Program-made: the position numbers and the translations under genes | The notes under the pieces: model-generated | Database searches by the model: none | What the model was told of the DNA's origin: nothing | Seen by the model: only the letters and a program-made list of their open reading frames with translations | Shown: one piece after another, positions 52,096-64,000 of the stretch | Numbering within the stretch: the stretch's first letter is position 1 | Layout of the letters: each line of letters begins with the position of its first letter | From: Callorhinchus milii | Lineage: Eukaryota | NCBI RefSeq assembly: GCF_018977255.1 | Contig: NW_024704743.1 | Span: 92,010,001-92,074,000, forward strand | Direction: 5' to 3' | DNA: 64,000 bases

Positions 52096-53060
52096 CTGGC
52101 CAGCCAGGTATCTGACACACGTGGAAACCTATCACAATACTTAAGAGTATCCAAATCAGACCGAGAGTTTCACACATGTATGCCACCTACAAGTGGACTT
52201 TTCCTGTGTCTGGAATGGAATGCGCACCCTGCTTGCTCAATGCCAGAAACTATTTGGCGCAGGTTGGCAAGAGCCAAAGGTTGGGGACCCGAGAGTGTGT
52301 TTTGAGAAAATGGTGTAGTTTAGTCAGCTAAAACTGGTGAGAGTTGGTTAATGGGTGAGAGGTACATTAGTATCTCTCTGGGCCTGAATTGCCTGTGAGG
52401 AGCTGTTCCAAGTAGGTCCATGGTAATCAAAAGCAACTTTAGAGGTCTAGATAGGCACTGAACCCTATGAACCAAAGCCCTAATGGATAGATTGTTCCTA
52501 GCTGGACACATTTTCTGTTTGTTTTTAATGAATATTATTCATATAACCTTCTATAACCTTTCACCATATTCATGCTGGATTTTTTCACACAGAGAGTGAT
52601 AGGAGTATGGAATTCTGTGCTGCAGTTAATATCTGGGGTGGCAGCCATGTGTACTTTAAACTGAGCTCATGGTTAAAAGAGAATAAAGTTGAGAAATATT
52701 GGGGGTGCGAGGGAACCTGGGATATGGGATGAGGGATAGGTCGTCCTGCCTCAAAACCCTCCTCTTCGACCATGCCCAAGGTCACTCCCCTTCCTCTCCC
52801 CTCCCCTCCCTTCTCTCCCCCCCGATCCCAGCTCGGGTCTGAAACGCTGTACACTGTCCAGCGCCTTGGGACATCCTCCCGACGTGAAAGGCGCTGTACA
52901 AATGTAATCTTGTTGTCGTTGTTGTTTCTGAGCTGCATCGGCTATGAATCTATGAAATATAGCTTGCCATTGAGACCACAGCTTGCTGAGCGACGATCAC
53001 TCTATCCATTCTGATTTGCAGGGTGAACAGGACTGAGTGGGAAAATTCCATGCCCCCAAT
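52096..53060 (+). repeat. Fragmented copy of the unclassified ~450-bp repeat with nested CR1 (~52540-52735) and L2 tail (52745-52926)
   Basis: 5' part 52096-52340 (+), an inverted piece ~52470-52510, 3' part 52958-53060 (+). Confidence 0.7.
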
Positions 53061-53303
53061 TCACAGATGGTTTAAAGGCTTAATAATGGTGAGAGATATT
53101 TATTTAATGGTGAGAAATAGAGTTATTTAAATTAATTGGATCCACCTCTTAATAAATGGCTGATTTGGAATTTTTAGTACATTATACCATTACTAAAACA
53201 ATAACAAAATGACAACTTGGTATTAACATTCTATTATTTTTCTCATAGATATTTTCAGCTTGGTTGATAATTCCTCCCATGGCCCTGCCACCAGACCCCC
53301 ACC

Positions 53304-53328
53304 ACACACACACACACACACACACACA
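53304..53328. repeat. (ca)n microsatellite
   Basis: Read directly from the sequence. Confidence 0.9.
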
Positions 53329-54337
53329 GATCACCACCACCCTTCAATTCTAAACAATCTTAAATGTTGCATGTAGCAGTCCAATAATGGCAACATCGCA
53401 TCTATAAATATATCAGCCCAGATGCAGTGTCGGATTAAATAAACGTATCTCATTTCCCCCAGACCTAGGAATAAAACAGCAACTGATGTGCATGATTGGA
53501 TTTTCTGCCATCTCGTTACAGGCGGAGCAGACCTCGGTATATTTCACAACTCATTTTATTTCTGGCCAAAGGATCCATAAATCTTTGGTCTCCTGACTTT
53601 AGCAGGTCACTCCTGCCTGAACAATGGTTCAATGTCTAAAAGGCACCTTGCTATGAAAAAAAGTGATGGATGATATTAAGACTCCGACTGATAGAAGAAC
53701 AGCTGCCGACAGTGAACAGAGAGCCTATGGCTTTGCTGGCTACACAGCAATGGGATTACACATAACCCAAATTTCAGCAGATTTCAGCTGTTATAAAATG
53801 CACAAATTAACATTTCATGTGAATGAGTCCCTTCTTCTATTCAGAATCCTATTACTTGCCTTGTCACATCATCCTCTTAGGACTTATTTCTTTCCTTTTG
53901 TACTAAAATTAGTTAAAATGACATTCTGCAATGTATGTGTCCATGTAGCAAGGTATAACTGTAAATATTTGACCCATGATCCTAAACAGGTGCTTAAAGC
54001 AATGAGCAGTCACTTATAAACTAATATAGTGCCTTAATACTCTGTTGAGACATCTTAAAAAGCTTCGTAACTTGGCGACCAGTAGAGTAAAACATTAGAA
54101 TTTGAAGTGGAAATCATAAACCAATCATTGCACCAGCAAAGTTTAGGGTTACATAATATGGATCTCAAATGATACATTTTCATTCTGTTCTGTTTGCAAC
54201 TATGGTAAAGTTGAAAAGTTCTTGTTTAAAATCGCTTGGTCGGTGTTCAAAATGACCTACTCTCCGAAAAGAAACCAAAATTTAGCCCACATCACCATTA
54301 ATACACCATTAAATCTTACCCACATCGCCATTCAGTA

Positions 54338-54782
54338 TATTACCAGGAATGAGGGTTTTCAATTGCGCAGAAGACTTGAGAAGTTAGGGCTATTTTCACT
54401 TGAGCTAGGAGGATTAAGGAATAACCTTCAAGATTATGAAGGGTTATGATAGGGTAAGTAGTAAGAGATTATTTCCACTGGTCAGGAATTCAGTAGTACA
54501 AAAGTACACATTTAAGTTAATCACAAAAAAGAATTGAAGAGGAGGTTGGAAAACATGTCTTTGCACCCAGTGTGATTGGAATTTTGAAATCTCTGCCAGA
54601 GTCCGGAGATAATTTTTTAAAGGGGAATAAAATAGATGCTCGGCCGACAATGAGGAATATAAAGGTTATGGGAAGCAAGCAGGTGAATGGAATTAAATCA
54701 CTCTGCTCACGGGGAGAAATCCACTAACACATTTGAAGACAAAATGGTACATTTCTGTGGTGTAATATTCTATGATTCTAAA
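54338..54782 (+). mobile_element. Decayed CR1 3' fragment
   Basis: RLEKLGLFSLE..., KGYG and a ttctatgattcta tail. Confidence 0.8.
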
Positions 54783-57216
54783 ACAGAGTTCCTTGCATTA
54801 GTTTTGAATAAAAAGTATTTCAGTATTTTATGCCACTAAATAAATATAATTTATTGATTAATTCTTGTTCACAAGAGGGGAATTACAATCTGAAATTGTT
54901 TAAAACATATTTTTGCTGTAGTGAACTTAGTCTGTGTAGATTATTCAAAGAATTAAAGTGTGGGACTGTTTGGAAATGAAGGCAGGCAGTAGGAGGAACA
55001 ATCAAAATGTAGCAAGGAAACTGCATTTGTGGCAAAGGATAGTTGATCTTCTTAATCTTGTGTGTGATGGGAAAATGAAGGAAAGCCGAATAACTGCTAA
55101 TATTAGAGCTCTACCTCCTGAGACACAGGGAAAAGACAGATTGATGTATTAACACAGAATGGGTACCTGCATCATCATGTATTCCCTGGTGGCAATGAGG
55201 AATCAGCCAGGTCTCAGTAGCTTTCATCAACCATCTGACAGATGCTAAAGGACAAAGTGATGCTGTCTGGATACAACAAACAAATCCATTTATTTATAGA
55301 CAGAATTGTGGTGTTCAGCGTGACTGCATAGGAACTTGTTTGGAGCTGTTATTGATTTGGGGATTACTTGCAATAAATGAAGTATATAACACTAAAGTTC
55401 AAATTAATTGTCTTGAAATAAATTTGATAAGTAAAGCATAGGAGCACTTGGCACTGGCGCTGGTCACAAAGAGGAATAATGTTCCTTTCCCAGTATTGAC
55501 ATTTGATTAGCGGAAATTCACCCTTATTTTTAATAAATCACACATGCTGAGGTTATCTATCTGCATTAAGTGCTTTCATTGGTGATGTGCAATAGATTTT
55601 TATTCTTATTAGAAAAGTTATTTTAATTCCAACTGATTTAAATTTTTTTCATTCAACTGAGCTTCAGAAAACCCTAATTTTGGGGTATTTGTAATCTTGG
55701 CTACAAACCACAATGGAAACCATTATCTTCCAAATTTCTCACAATCCCCTGTTAATCTGCTAAAGTCTTAAAATGTCCGAGGATGATTGTTCCAAAGACA
55801 AGACAAGTTTGTTCACTAAATGAGTGTTTCACTAGTGTGGGCAGATGTCCAAAATATTTTATTTGGAGAAGCCTTTGCAGCTAGAAAAAGCAGGTCTGAA
55901 CAAGAGACCAAAAGTGATAAGGTTAATACTGTCCCTCCTGCCCGAGTCTGCCAGAGACCATACTCACTGCCATATCAGGTAGACATTTGGTCTAAATATC
56001 AAACCATTTCCAATTTTCTGTTCAGTCTCTATGTATCTATAGGCACACCTTATTAATTATTGCATGAAGTATGTTAAATTTAGCAGCAACAGTGTCGGTC
56101 AAAAATTGTATATCGATATCAAGTAGCTTAGGCAAGATAGGAGCATATTAGGCACTGGCAACAGAACAATATGAAACATAACAGCCTAGACTAAACTTGG
56201 TAGAGATCCATTAGACCTCTGTCGTGGTGATTGAATCACTATTAAAATACCTTCCTCTGACTCAATTAATCCATAGTAAAGGAATTCAGTGAGGATGCAC
56301 AGTGAACAAGTTAGAAAGACAGATTGAAACAGCTAGTGTGAATGGGTAATGAGGCAAGAATGGGTAATTTGCACTAGAGTGTAAATAATGTAGGACTACA
56401 TGGAAAACACAAGAGGTTAAAACAGTACCGTATGTATCTGCAGGCACACCTGACTGTTGAAATATTGAGTCTTAATGCGCTGGAGAATACAGTGAACAGT
56501 TGGTTCAAATTAAATAGAGCACAGAGCATGATCTTCATCAAATGCCTTTCTGCTTTCATTTCCAATTTTCAGCTGCAGATTTGTTTGAAACCAATTGAGC
56601 CAATGATTGTGTAATAAAAGCAAAGGACAGTACTTTCAATCGTCTGAACCCAACATTTTGGGAGGGAGCAAAATATAAAATAAAAAAATTATCTGCAAAA
56701 AGAAAAATAATGGAAAATGCCCTGAGGTGTATAGCAATGGAACCAGTAATGTATGAAAAAATCAAACACAAACAGAGAATCAGTGAAATAGTAGAGGTAA
56801 ATAATTAAAGAAAAACAGAAGGGAAAAAAAGCAATACATGGCTCAGGCAGAATAAAAAGTTTTATTAAAGCAGTGAATCCTCATTATAATCTGATATTTG
56901 TGAACAATCAAATTCCTTGAGCTAACATTGGTAACGCAATCAGCATAGATGTTCTAATTCATGCTTCCTACATCCTAAATAAATTTAAGCAAGAAGCATT
57001 ATTACTGTAATCACAACCCTAATCCTGGTGAGTGTGCATGAATAGTTTTTCATGTACATGAATAGATTCATTTTCCTTTCTCTCCAGTGCTGTTGGCAGG
57101 GACTTGTTATTGTAGACGTTGGATGGAATTCTTCCTTGAACCACAAATTCCATTTTGTTTATGTTTATTTACTCCCATTGGCAAACCAAGAACAGATAGA
57201 AGTCTACTTTTGTGTC

Positions 57217-57676
57217 ATCCCAGTTCAGTTGATAGCATTCTCGCCTCTGAATCAGAAGGTTGTGGGTTCAAGCCCCACAACAGGACTTAGAACTCATATA
57301 GTATAAACTCCAATGCAGTGCTGGGGTTGTGGTGTATTTTTGGTGGTACTGTCCTTGAGACTTTAAAGCTAGGTCCCACCTGCCTGTTCAGGTCAAAGTT
57401 AAAGATAGCATGGTGTTATTTGAAAAGCGAAGGGAGTATTTCTTGGTGTCCTAGCAAACAATCCCCCAACTAAAATTAGACACTCATTTCATGCCTGTTT
57501 GTGAGACACTGCTGTGCTCAAATTGGCTGCAAGTTCACCCTCAAAACGCACAGTCGAGCCAACATATTGGCTATGTATTGCATTGATGTTTACTTTATAG
57601 TATATCCTATGAAGCGCTTTGGGATATCATCCATACGTGAAAGGCATGATACCAAATGTAAGGATTATTATTATTA
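57217..57676 (+). mobile_element. Old Deu-domain SINE, full length (SacSINE1-like architecture)
   Basis: Head with B box ggttcaagccc, full Deu-like core (cctgcctgttcagg..ttaaagat..catgg..tatttgaa..gggag..tggtgtcct..tgtttgtg..tgctgtgc.caaattggctgc), L2-type tail. Family name is from recall. Confidence 0.8.
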
Positions 57677-57734
57677 CTGTAGAGCAATGCATCTGTCTTC
57701 ACAACGGAAATGGATGCCCCTAATGCCACAGTAT

Positions 57735-59403
57735 TGGATGAGAGGATAGAGGAAATAGATCAGATTACTAAAGACAGAGAGGAAGTTCTGAAAAGATTGA
57801 CTGGGCTCAAAATTGATAAGTCACCAGGACCAGATGGGTTTCACCCAAGGTTGCTGTGAGAGATACGGGTTCAAATAGCAGAGGCTTTGGCCATTATATT
57901 TCAATCTTCATTGGACACAGGAGTGGTGCCAAGAGACTGGAGAGTGGCTAATGTTACCCCCTCTACAAAAAGGGGCAGAAAGACAAACCCGGAAATTACA
58001 GGCCAGTCAGCCTAACTTCGGTAATAGGAAAACTACTGGAGACCATAATCCGGGACAGAATAAATCTCTACTTAGAGGAACACGAGGTAATTAGAGACAG
58101 CCAACATGGATTTGTTAAAGGCAAATCTTGCCTAACAAATCTAATAGAATTTTTTGAAGAGGTGACTGCGAGGGTTGATGAGGGAAATGCGGTGGACGTT
58201 ATTTACATGGATTTCAAAAAGGCTTTTGACACAGTACCACATAAGAGATTAATACAAAAATTAGTGGCCCACGGTATTAAGGGGACAGCGGCAGTTTGGA
58301 TTAAGAACTGGCTGAGTGACAGAAAGCAGAGGGTGGTGGTTAATGGGTGTTTCTCAAAATGGAAGGAGGTGTGCAGCGGTGTCCCCCAGGGATCGGTATT
58401 GGGACCACTGCTCTTTCTAATATATATTAATGATCTGGACTTGGGCATAGAGAGCACTATTTCCAAGTTTGCAGATGATACAAGTTAGGTCGGGTAGTAA
58501 ATAGTGAGGAGGACTGTAACCAACTGCAAGCAGACATACACAGAATGGTGGAATGGGCTGACATGTGGCAGATGGATTTCAATGTGGATAAGTGTGAGGT
58601 GATACACTTAGGTAGGAAAAATGATAGGAGGCAATATAGACTTGGTAGCTCAATCTTAAGGGGGGTGAACGTACAGAGAGATCTGGGTGTTCAAGTAAGC
58701 GAATCATTAAAGGTAGCGGGGCAGGTAGATAAGGCAGTAAAAAAGGCAATTGGTGTACTGAGCTTTATTAGTTGGGGCATAGAGTATAAGAGTAGGGAGG
58801 TTATGGTTAATCTATACAAAACACTGGTTAGGCCTCAGCTGGAGTACCGTGTCCAGTTCTGGGCACCTTACTTCAGGAAGGACATTAAGGCACTGGAAAG
58901 GGTGCAGAGGAGATTCACGAGAATGATACCAGGAATGGGGAACCTTAGCTATGAGGAAAGGCTGGAGAAGTTAGGACTTTTCCCATTGGAGAAGAGAAGG
59001 TTACGTGGGGACCTGATAGAGGTCTTCAAGATCATGAAAGGTTTCAACAGGCTAGATAGGGAAAAGCTGTTTCCGCTGGTAGGTGTGTCTGTGACCCGTG
59101 GTCACAGTATTAAGATATCTACCAAAAGAAGCAGAGAGGAGGTTAGAAGAAATTTTTTCACTCAGTGAATTGTTCAAATTTGGAATGATCTGCCTGAAAG
59201 GGTAGTGAAGTCCGATTCGATAACAGCTTTTAAGAGAGAACTGGATAGGTGTCTGGGGAAGACGGGTTTGCAGGGTTATGGGGAGAAAGCTGGTGATTGG
59301 GGTTAGTGAAAGTGACGTGCTCTGTCAAAGAGCCGGCATAGACTCGATGGGTCGAATAGCCTCCTTCTGTGCCATAACATTCTATGAATCTATGAATCTA
59401 TGA
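57735..59403 (+). mobile_element. 5'-truncated CR1 LINE with near-complete RT domain
   Basis: [66 protein letters not shown] few stops and frameshifts; (atctatga)n tail. Confidence 0.97.
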
Positions 59404-60244
59404 AAAAAAATGCAGTCTAGTTTTCTGTTTTGAAAATCAGAACTCCCAATTCCTGTACTGCACATCAACTATCTCACTTGTTTTTTTTATGGACAATAGT
59501 ATGCAAGTAGCTGTTATAAAGCTGCTTTTCCACAATTCCCAAGGTCCACTAAACTAAGCTGTTTAAATTTATCCCACTACGGGAATGGGGAAACTGTAGA
59601 AATTCCACAGAATGCTAGCTTAACTTTTATACTTGGATCACCCAGTCAAGACTTTGCTCAAACTGTCCCTCCCTCCATTTGGCATGTTTATGCAGTTCTG
59701 ATCAGGAATTGAGTGGAGCAGGACACAAATCTGTGTGTTTCCATTGGCTGCCCTTGTTATTATCTTGAGGTGTAATTTGGCAGTAAATGAATTGTTCTAT
59801 TCATTTCATAGCTATTTATGGGACACTGCTTTGTGCTGGCTGTTTGTAGAACATGGCTGCATGCAAATTGGTTGCTGCATTTGCCTGCAAAGTTCACAGT
59901 CACAACTCTTTGCAGTGGATCCAGTGAAGCACTTTAATACATCCTCCCAACTTGAAAAGTACTATATCATATGCAAGGATTAATATTGTCGGTGTGTGTT
60001 ATAATTGATGAACAGTTTGGAATTAATATCTCTATTTTCAATGTTTTAATCTTCCTCTCTTTAGTTATTCCATTTCAACACAATGTTCCCATAGTGAACC
60101 ATCGATAGGGCCACCTGCTTCCAGGTCTTTGTCAATGTTTAAATCCATACTTTACCATTACAATGGAATCTCATTCCAATGCATTACATCACCTGATGTT
60201 CTAAATCAGGATTTGTGTCATACTTGTATTGAAGATTGATTGCA

Positions 60245-60322
60245 TATGCCTGTGCGAGATATCTTATTTTATCATTTGATAGTGCATGCCTGGGCGAGAT
60301 ACCTTATTTTATCATTTGATAG
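60245..60322. repeat. 40-bp tandem duplication
   Basis: atgcctg(t/g)gcgagata(t/c)cttattttatcatttgatag, two copies. Confidence 0.9.
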
Positions 60323-60901
60323 CTCATGCTTTGATTAAAAGATGCATCGTTGATTGGTTATGTATAACACTGATGTGAGCATGATTGATTCACCTGATCA
60401 AGAATCAGCCGAGCTTTGTTTATAGGCAGGGCTGGAATCTGGCAAAGCAATGAGAATTTTGTTCGAAGTCATCTTAGTTATGTGCCTGATGCATGCATGC
60501 TGAGAAATATGATGAGCTAAATTATAAAGTTTATTAATCATAAAGTTTATAAAACATCATTTGCGTAATACATAGGTGACACTTGGCGCACAATTCAATT
60601 TTTTACATTAGTGATGTAATAATTTTTTTGATTTTGTTGCCCCTTGGATCAGTGCACAGCATATTGATACGTATATAAGCGTGCCAATCATGTAATTGTC
60701 TTCAGTCAGGATGCAAATTAAATTGAAGAGCCTGAAAATTTGATATGCAATGCAAAGGTCTCTTTGCCTGCCCTTTCAGCTATCATTCCCCTCCTCACCC
60801 CACTCAGCTTCACTCCCCATTCAGATGCCCAGCCCAGTGATGTTTTTTTTTAGATGTCCTCTTGAAGTAAAATAAACATAAATTGTATTATGTAAACGCA
60901 C

Positions 60902-61002
60902 ACCTTGGCTCTTGCCAACCTATGCCTCATAGTTAGGTAAACAAGATGCATCCCTCCAGGGAGGGACTGTGCATTCCACTCCAACAATCGATCTCTGGGA
61001 TT
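60902..61002 (-). repeat. Fragment of the unclassified ~450-bp repeat
   Basis: ccttggctcttgccaaccta..catccctccag..tgcattccactcca. Confidence 0.7.
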
Positions 61003-62794
61003 TTTTTAGTGAATATCTATTGCTTTTTCCTTCTGCAAGTTTGGAAGATATGTAAATAGGTAAAGTCAACCTTGGTCTGCAGAAAGCAATGCAGATTCAA
61101 AATGGCACAAAAAAGGAGAATCTTCCAATTGATATGCAAACTTGATAAATTGATAAAGCAGACAGTCACTCCACGTTACAATATACCCTATCAAGCGTTT
61201 TGGGATACTCTCCTGAAGTAAAAGACTCTACACCAAATGTAAGGATCATTATTATTTTATCTTTCCTTTGTAGCACTAGTGTCCTCCAGAGGAAGAATCA
61301 ACTACAATAATTATTCTTTGCCAACGTAGGGGCATTGGAGCCAGCACGTAGTGCTTCAGCTACCACTGAGACAGCTCCCTCAGCTCATTCAGCTAATTAG
61401 AAGTCTTGAGCTTATGTTTTGGAAAAATTGTTTTTCAATTAAAGTCCTCATTATGTGTACTACATCTTCCTTAATGACCTGGGACCACAAGAGACAACTT
61501 AACAATCTCCCACTGTTTCCTAAAGTCGCTTTCATCTCATTATGTCCTCAACTCCATCACAGCCAGATCAGACCACAAGTGTGATTTTGCAGACATCTTT
61601 GGGATGTTCTTATAAGAACATGCTCTGATGTATTAGAGTATCAGATCTTACAAAAGAGAGCATAGATTAGATAAAGATGTGACTAGAGCATTTAAAGGCA
61701 GTAAAGGAAGGAAGGCCACTTTCATAAAATTGATGCTATGAGAGTTTAGAATGGACCTCTCCATTTGGACAAGCGAGTATTAGTAAGCAACCAATATAAA
61801 GAGGTGAAGTCCACCCTAAGCTGCTAAATGCAATACAAGTGCAAAATGGTGCATGAAAGGAGCATTTTCCATGTTCACCCACAAAACACACAGTCACTCC
61901 CCTTTTCAATATAGCCTGTGATAAGTTTTGGGATGTCCTCCTGAATTAAAAGGTGCTATACCAACTGTAAGCTGCCAGTTACAAGTGCCAATCCTCTTAA
62001 TGCATCTTTACCAGAGAAATTGGTTCCTCCATATAAGAACAATGCAAATATACTCTTGCTAAGTGTTGCCAGCATGAAAGATATACTAGTAATTATTTTA
62101 ATGCTGCAGATTGGTGAAATTTTGTTTCGTTGACTGCTGTTAATACTTTTATATTACTATGTACTTTGTCTGTAATGGAAATTATTGAACAATTGTAGTA
62201 TTATACTTTTAAGTGAAGTTTTGTTAATGATTATACTTTGTAACTTTTATAACTTTCTAGGAATGAATGGTATCTGTCTTATCCCTGTCTAATGTCATTG
62301 ATCTGCCTTATACTATTACGTGGATTATATTGATAAGTTTGTAACATTTCCCTTCCTTAGTTGGTTAGGTATGTCAATGCGGAAAAATTATGTCACCAAA
62401 TAGTTCATATCTTGGGTGAGAAATACAACAAAGCAACAGTATTAATGATCAATAAGGCCTTGTGTTAAAAATTTGTAGGAAATTGAAGACAAAGCTACCT
62501 TTCCTTATGAAAATCCATGTTTTTCCAAAATGCAGGTCAGGATGAGCTCAGGGGTACAAGTAATGTAATGAAATTATTTTGTGGGATGAAAGTAAAATCA
62601 AGGAAATAATACTTGTGAGGTAAGTTGGATGGTTAAAATTGAAGGAAGGCTCAAACAACCAAATGGGTATAGATATAGTTGTTACAGCTGCTGCTCTTCA
62701 GAACAGACCCAGGAAAGAAGAATAAGAAAGAGCTAGCAAATAAAGAAGGAAAGAAACAAAGAAAAAATTTTTTTTTAAGAAACTCCTGTAACTA

Positions 62795-63005
62795 TTAATT
62801 CGTTTTTCCGATTGGTAACCATATCTTTGTGTATCATGCGCATTGCTATATAACGGTTTCTTAAACGTAACGTTCTCTCTCTGTGAACTTGATTATCTCA
62901 GTGTCTGAATAATTAAAATATAGTGACGAGTTAACACCAGAACTGAGCAAGCCGTCTTTTCAGTCTTTGCTTGTGCTTTGATTTGCATACTTTTTTTCGC
63001 CTCTC
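62795..63005. promoter_or_regulatory. Candidate promoter or regulatory element
   Basis: Local CpG cluster in AT-rich DNA, reverse CCAAT (gattgg ~62810), atgcgcat palindrome, ctatataa, X-box-like ggtaac, octamer atttgcat at ~62981. Confidence 0.3.
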
Positions 63006-63489
63006 TGTTTATTTTCCTTCCCTGATCAGGGGAAAAAGTTGAATTGTCATTGGATATGTCTAAAAATGACTTTTTCTATTAAAGGTTACTTTTGAGATGC
63101 TTACAATTCAGCACATTAGTGATCTTAAAATGATTTTACCATAATTATTCCAAAGTGCTCCAAATTGTCAAATTACACTACACTTCTATAACTGCTATGA
63201 TGGGTTTTCAAGTATAATTGTACTGTGTCATTACACTCTATGAGAATATAATCCTCGATTACATTTAAAACTAGTCCACCTCCAGTTGGTACCTTCTTTT
63301 TAAAGGCTTCTTTCTTTGATTGTGCTTCCTTTTATGTAATTAAAAAACAAAATGTTTGCATTTTTGGACATGCTTGCTTACCCAAACCATTAGTCAGACT
63401 GTGTTCTCTGTATTAATATGTGACAATACAAATCAGTATCATGCCCAGAGACCTTAAAGAAGCTAAATTATGAATGATGAAATTGGGGC

Positions 63490-63845
63490 TATATGATATT
63501 ATTTTTGTGCACTTGCTTTGGTTTGATGGCTGAAACCATCCAGTGTTTATTGCAATAATTATAATCATCCTGGCAGTTGATATAATGCCTTATTGAAATG
63601 TCTGAAAGAGCTTCACAGGATCTACTGTACAATATGTTGGCTGTGCATTTTATAGGCAAACATGCACACAACATATCTCACAAACAGTCATGAAGAAAGT
63701 GACCAATTTTATTTGGGTGGGGAGGATTGTTGACGAGGACACCAGGGGAAACTTCCTTCTCCTTTCTATTTAGGGCAGTTGGATATTTAACATCTACCTG
63801 ACCAACCATTAAAATTTGCACTGTAGTGTTATCACATTGGCTAGG
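63490..63845 (-). mobile_element. Old Deu-domain SINE
   Basis: ctcacaaacag, ggacaccagg and tttaacatctacctga core pieces on the minus strand. Confidence 0.65.
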
Positions 63846-64000
63846 ATACAAGAAGCAAAATAATTGCACACCTCACAAAATCCAAGATTGGTCTGGATGC
63901 AATCACAAATTACTCCATGCACAATTACCAGCTGCATAAAACTCTGCATGCGCAATGTAGATTTTTGATTAAATCAGATTTTTTTAGAATGTACTGCTTG

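Noticed and set aside
53663..54019. 118-aa ORF
   Set aside because: GTG start, no recognisable homology, and it runs into a SINE remnant.
1..64000. CRISPR arrays, operons or prokaryotic defence systems
   Set aside because: The sequence is vertebrate; there is no regularly spaced repeat-spacer array or gene-dense region.

Overview
This is eukaryotic, repeat-rich vertebrate DNA, most likely from a cartilaginous fish and possibly a chimaera. That is an inference from the mix of Deu-domain SINEs, L2 and CR1 LINEs and hammerhead-bearing Penelope-type repeats. I recognise no host protein-coding exon, so the window looks intronic or intergenic, and the ORF-track entries are LINE fragments or chance ORFs. 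Main content: a young tRNA-Ala-headed SINE with an L2-type tail, an older Deu-SINE, many 5'-truncated L2 and CR1 copies (best CR1 at 57.7-59.4 kb), a short repeat carrying a minimal hammerhead-ribozyme motif, and an unclassified ~450-bp dispersed repeat. The most interesting signal is at ~20.56-24.49 kb and is essentially invisible in the ORF track. Manual six-frame translation gives an ordered series of decayed retroelement motifs: gag-like, DTG protease, RT and RNase H on the minus strand, then integrase and an F-fusion-protein-like env on the plus strand. This fits an old, internally inverted, env-bearing LTR retroelement (lokiretrovirus-like). The call rests on motif recall only and needs a homology search. 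Coordinates of decayed repeats are approximate.
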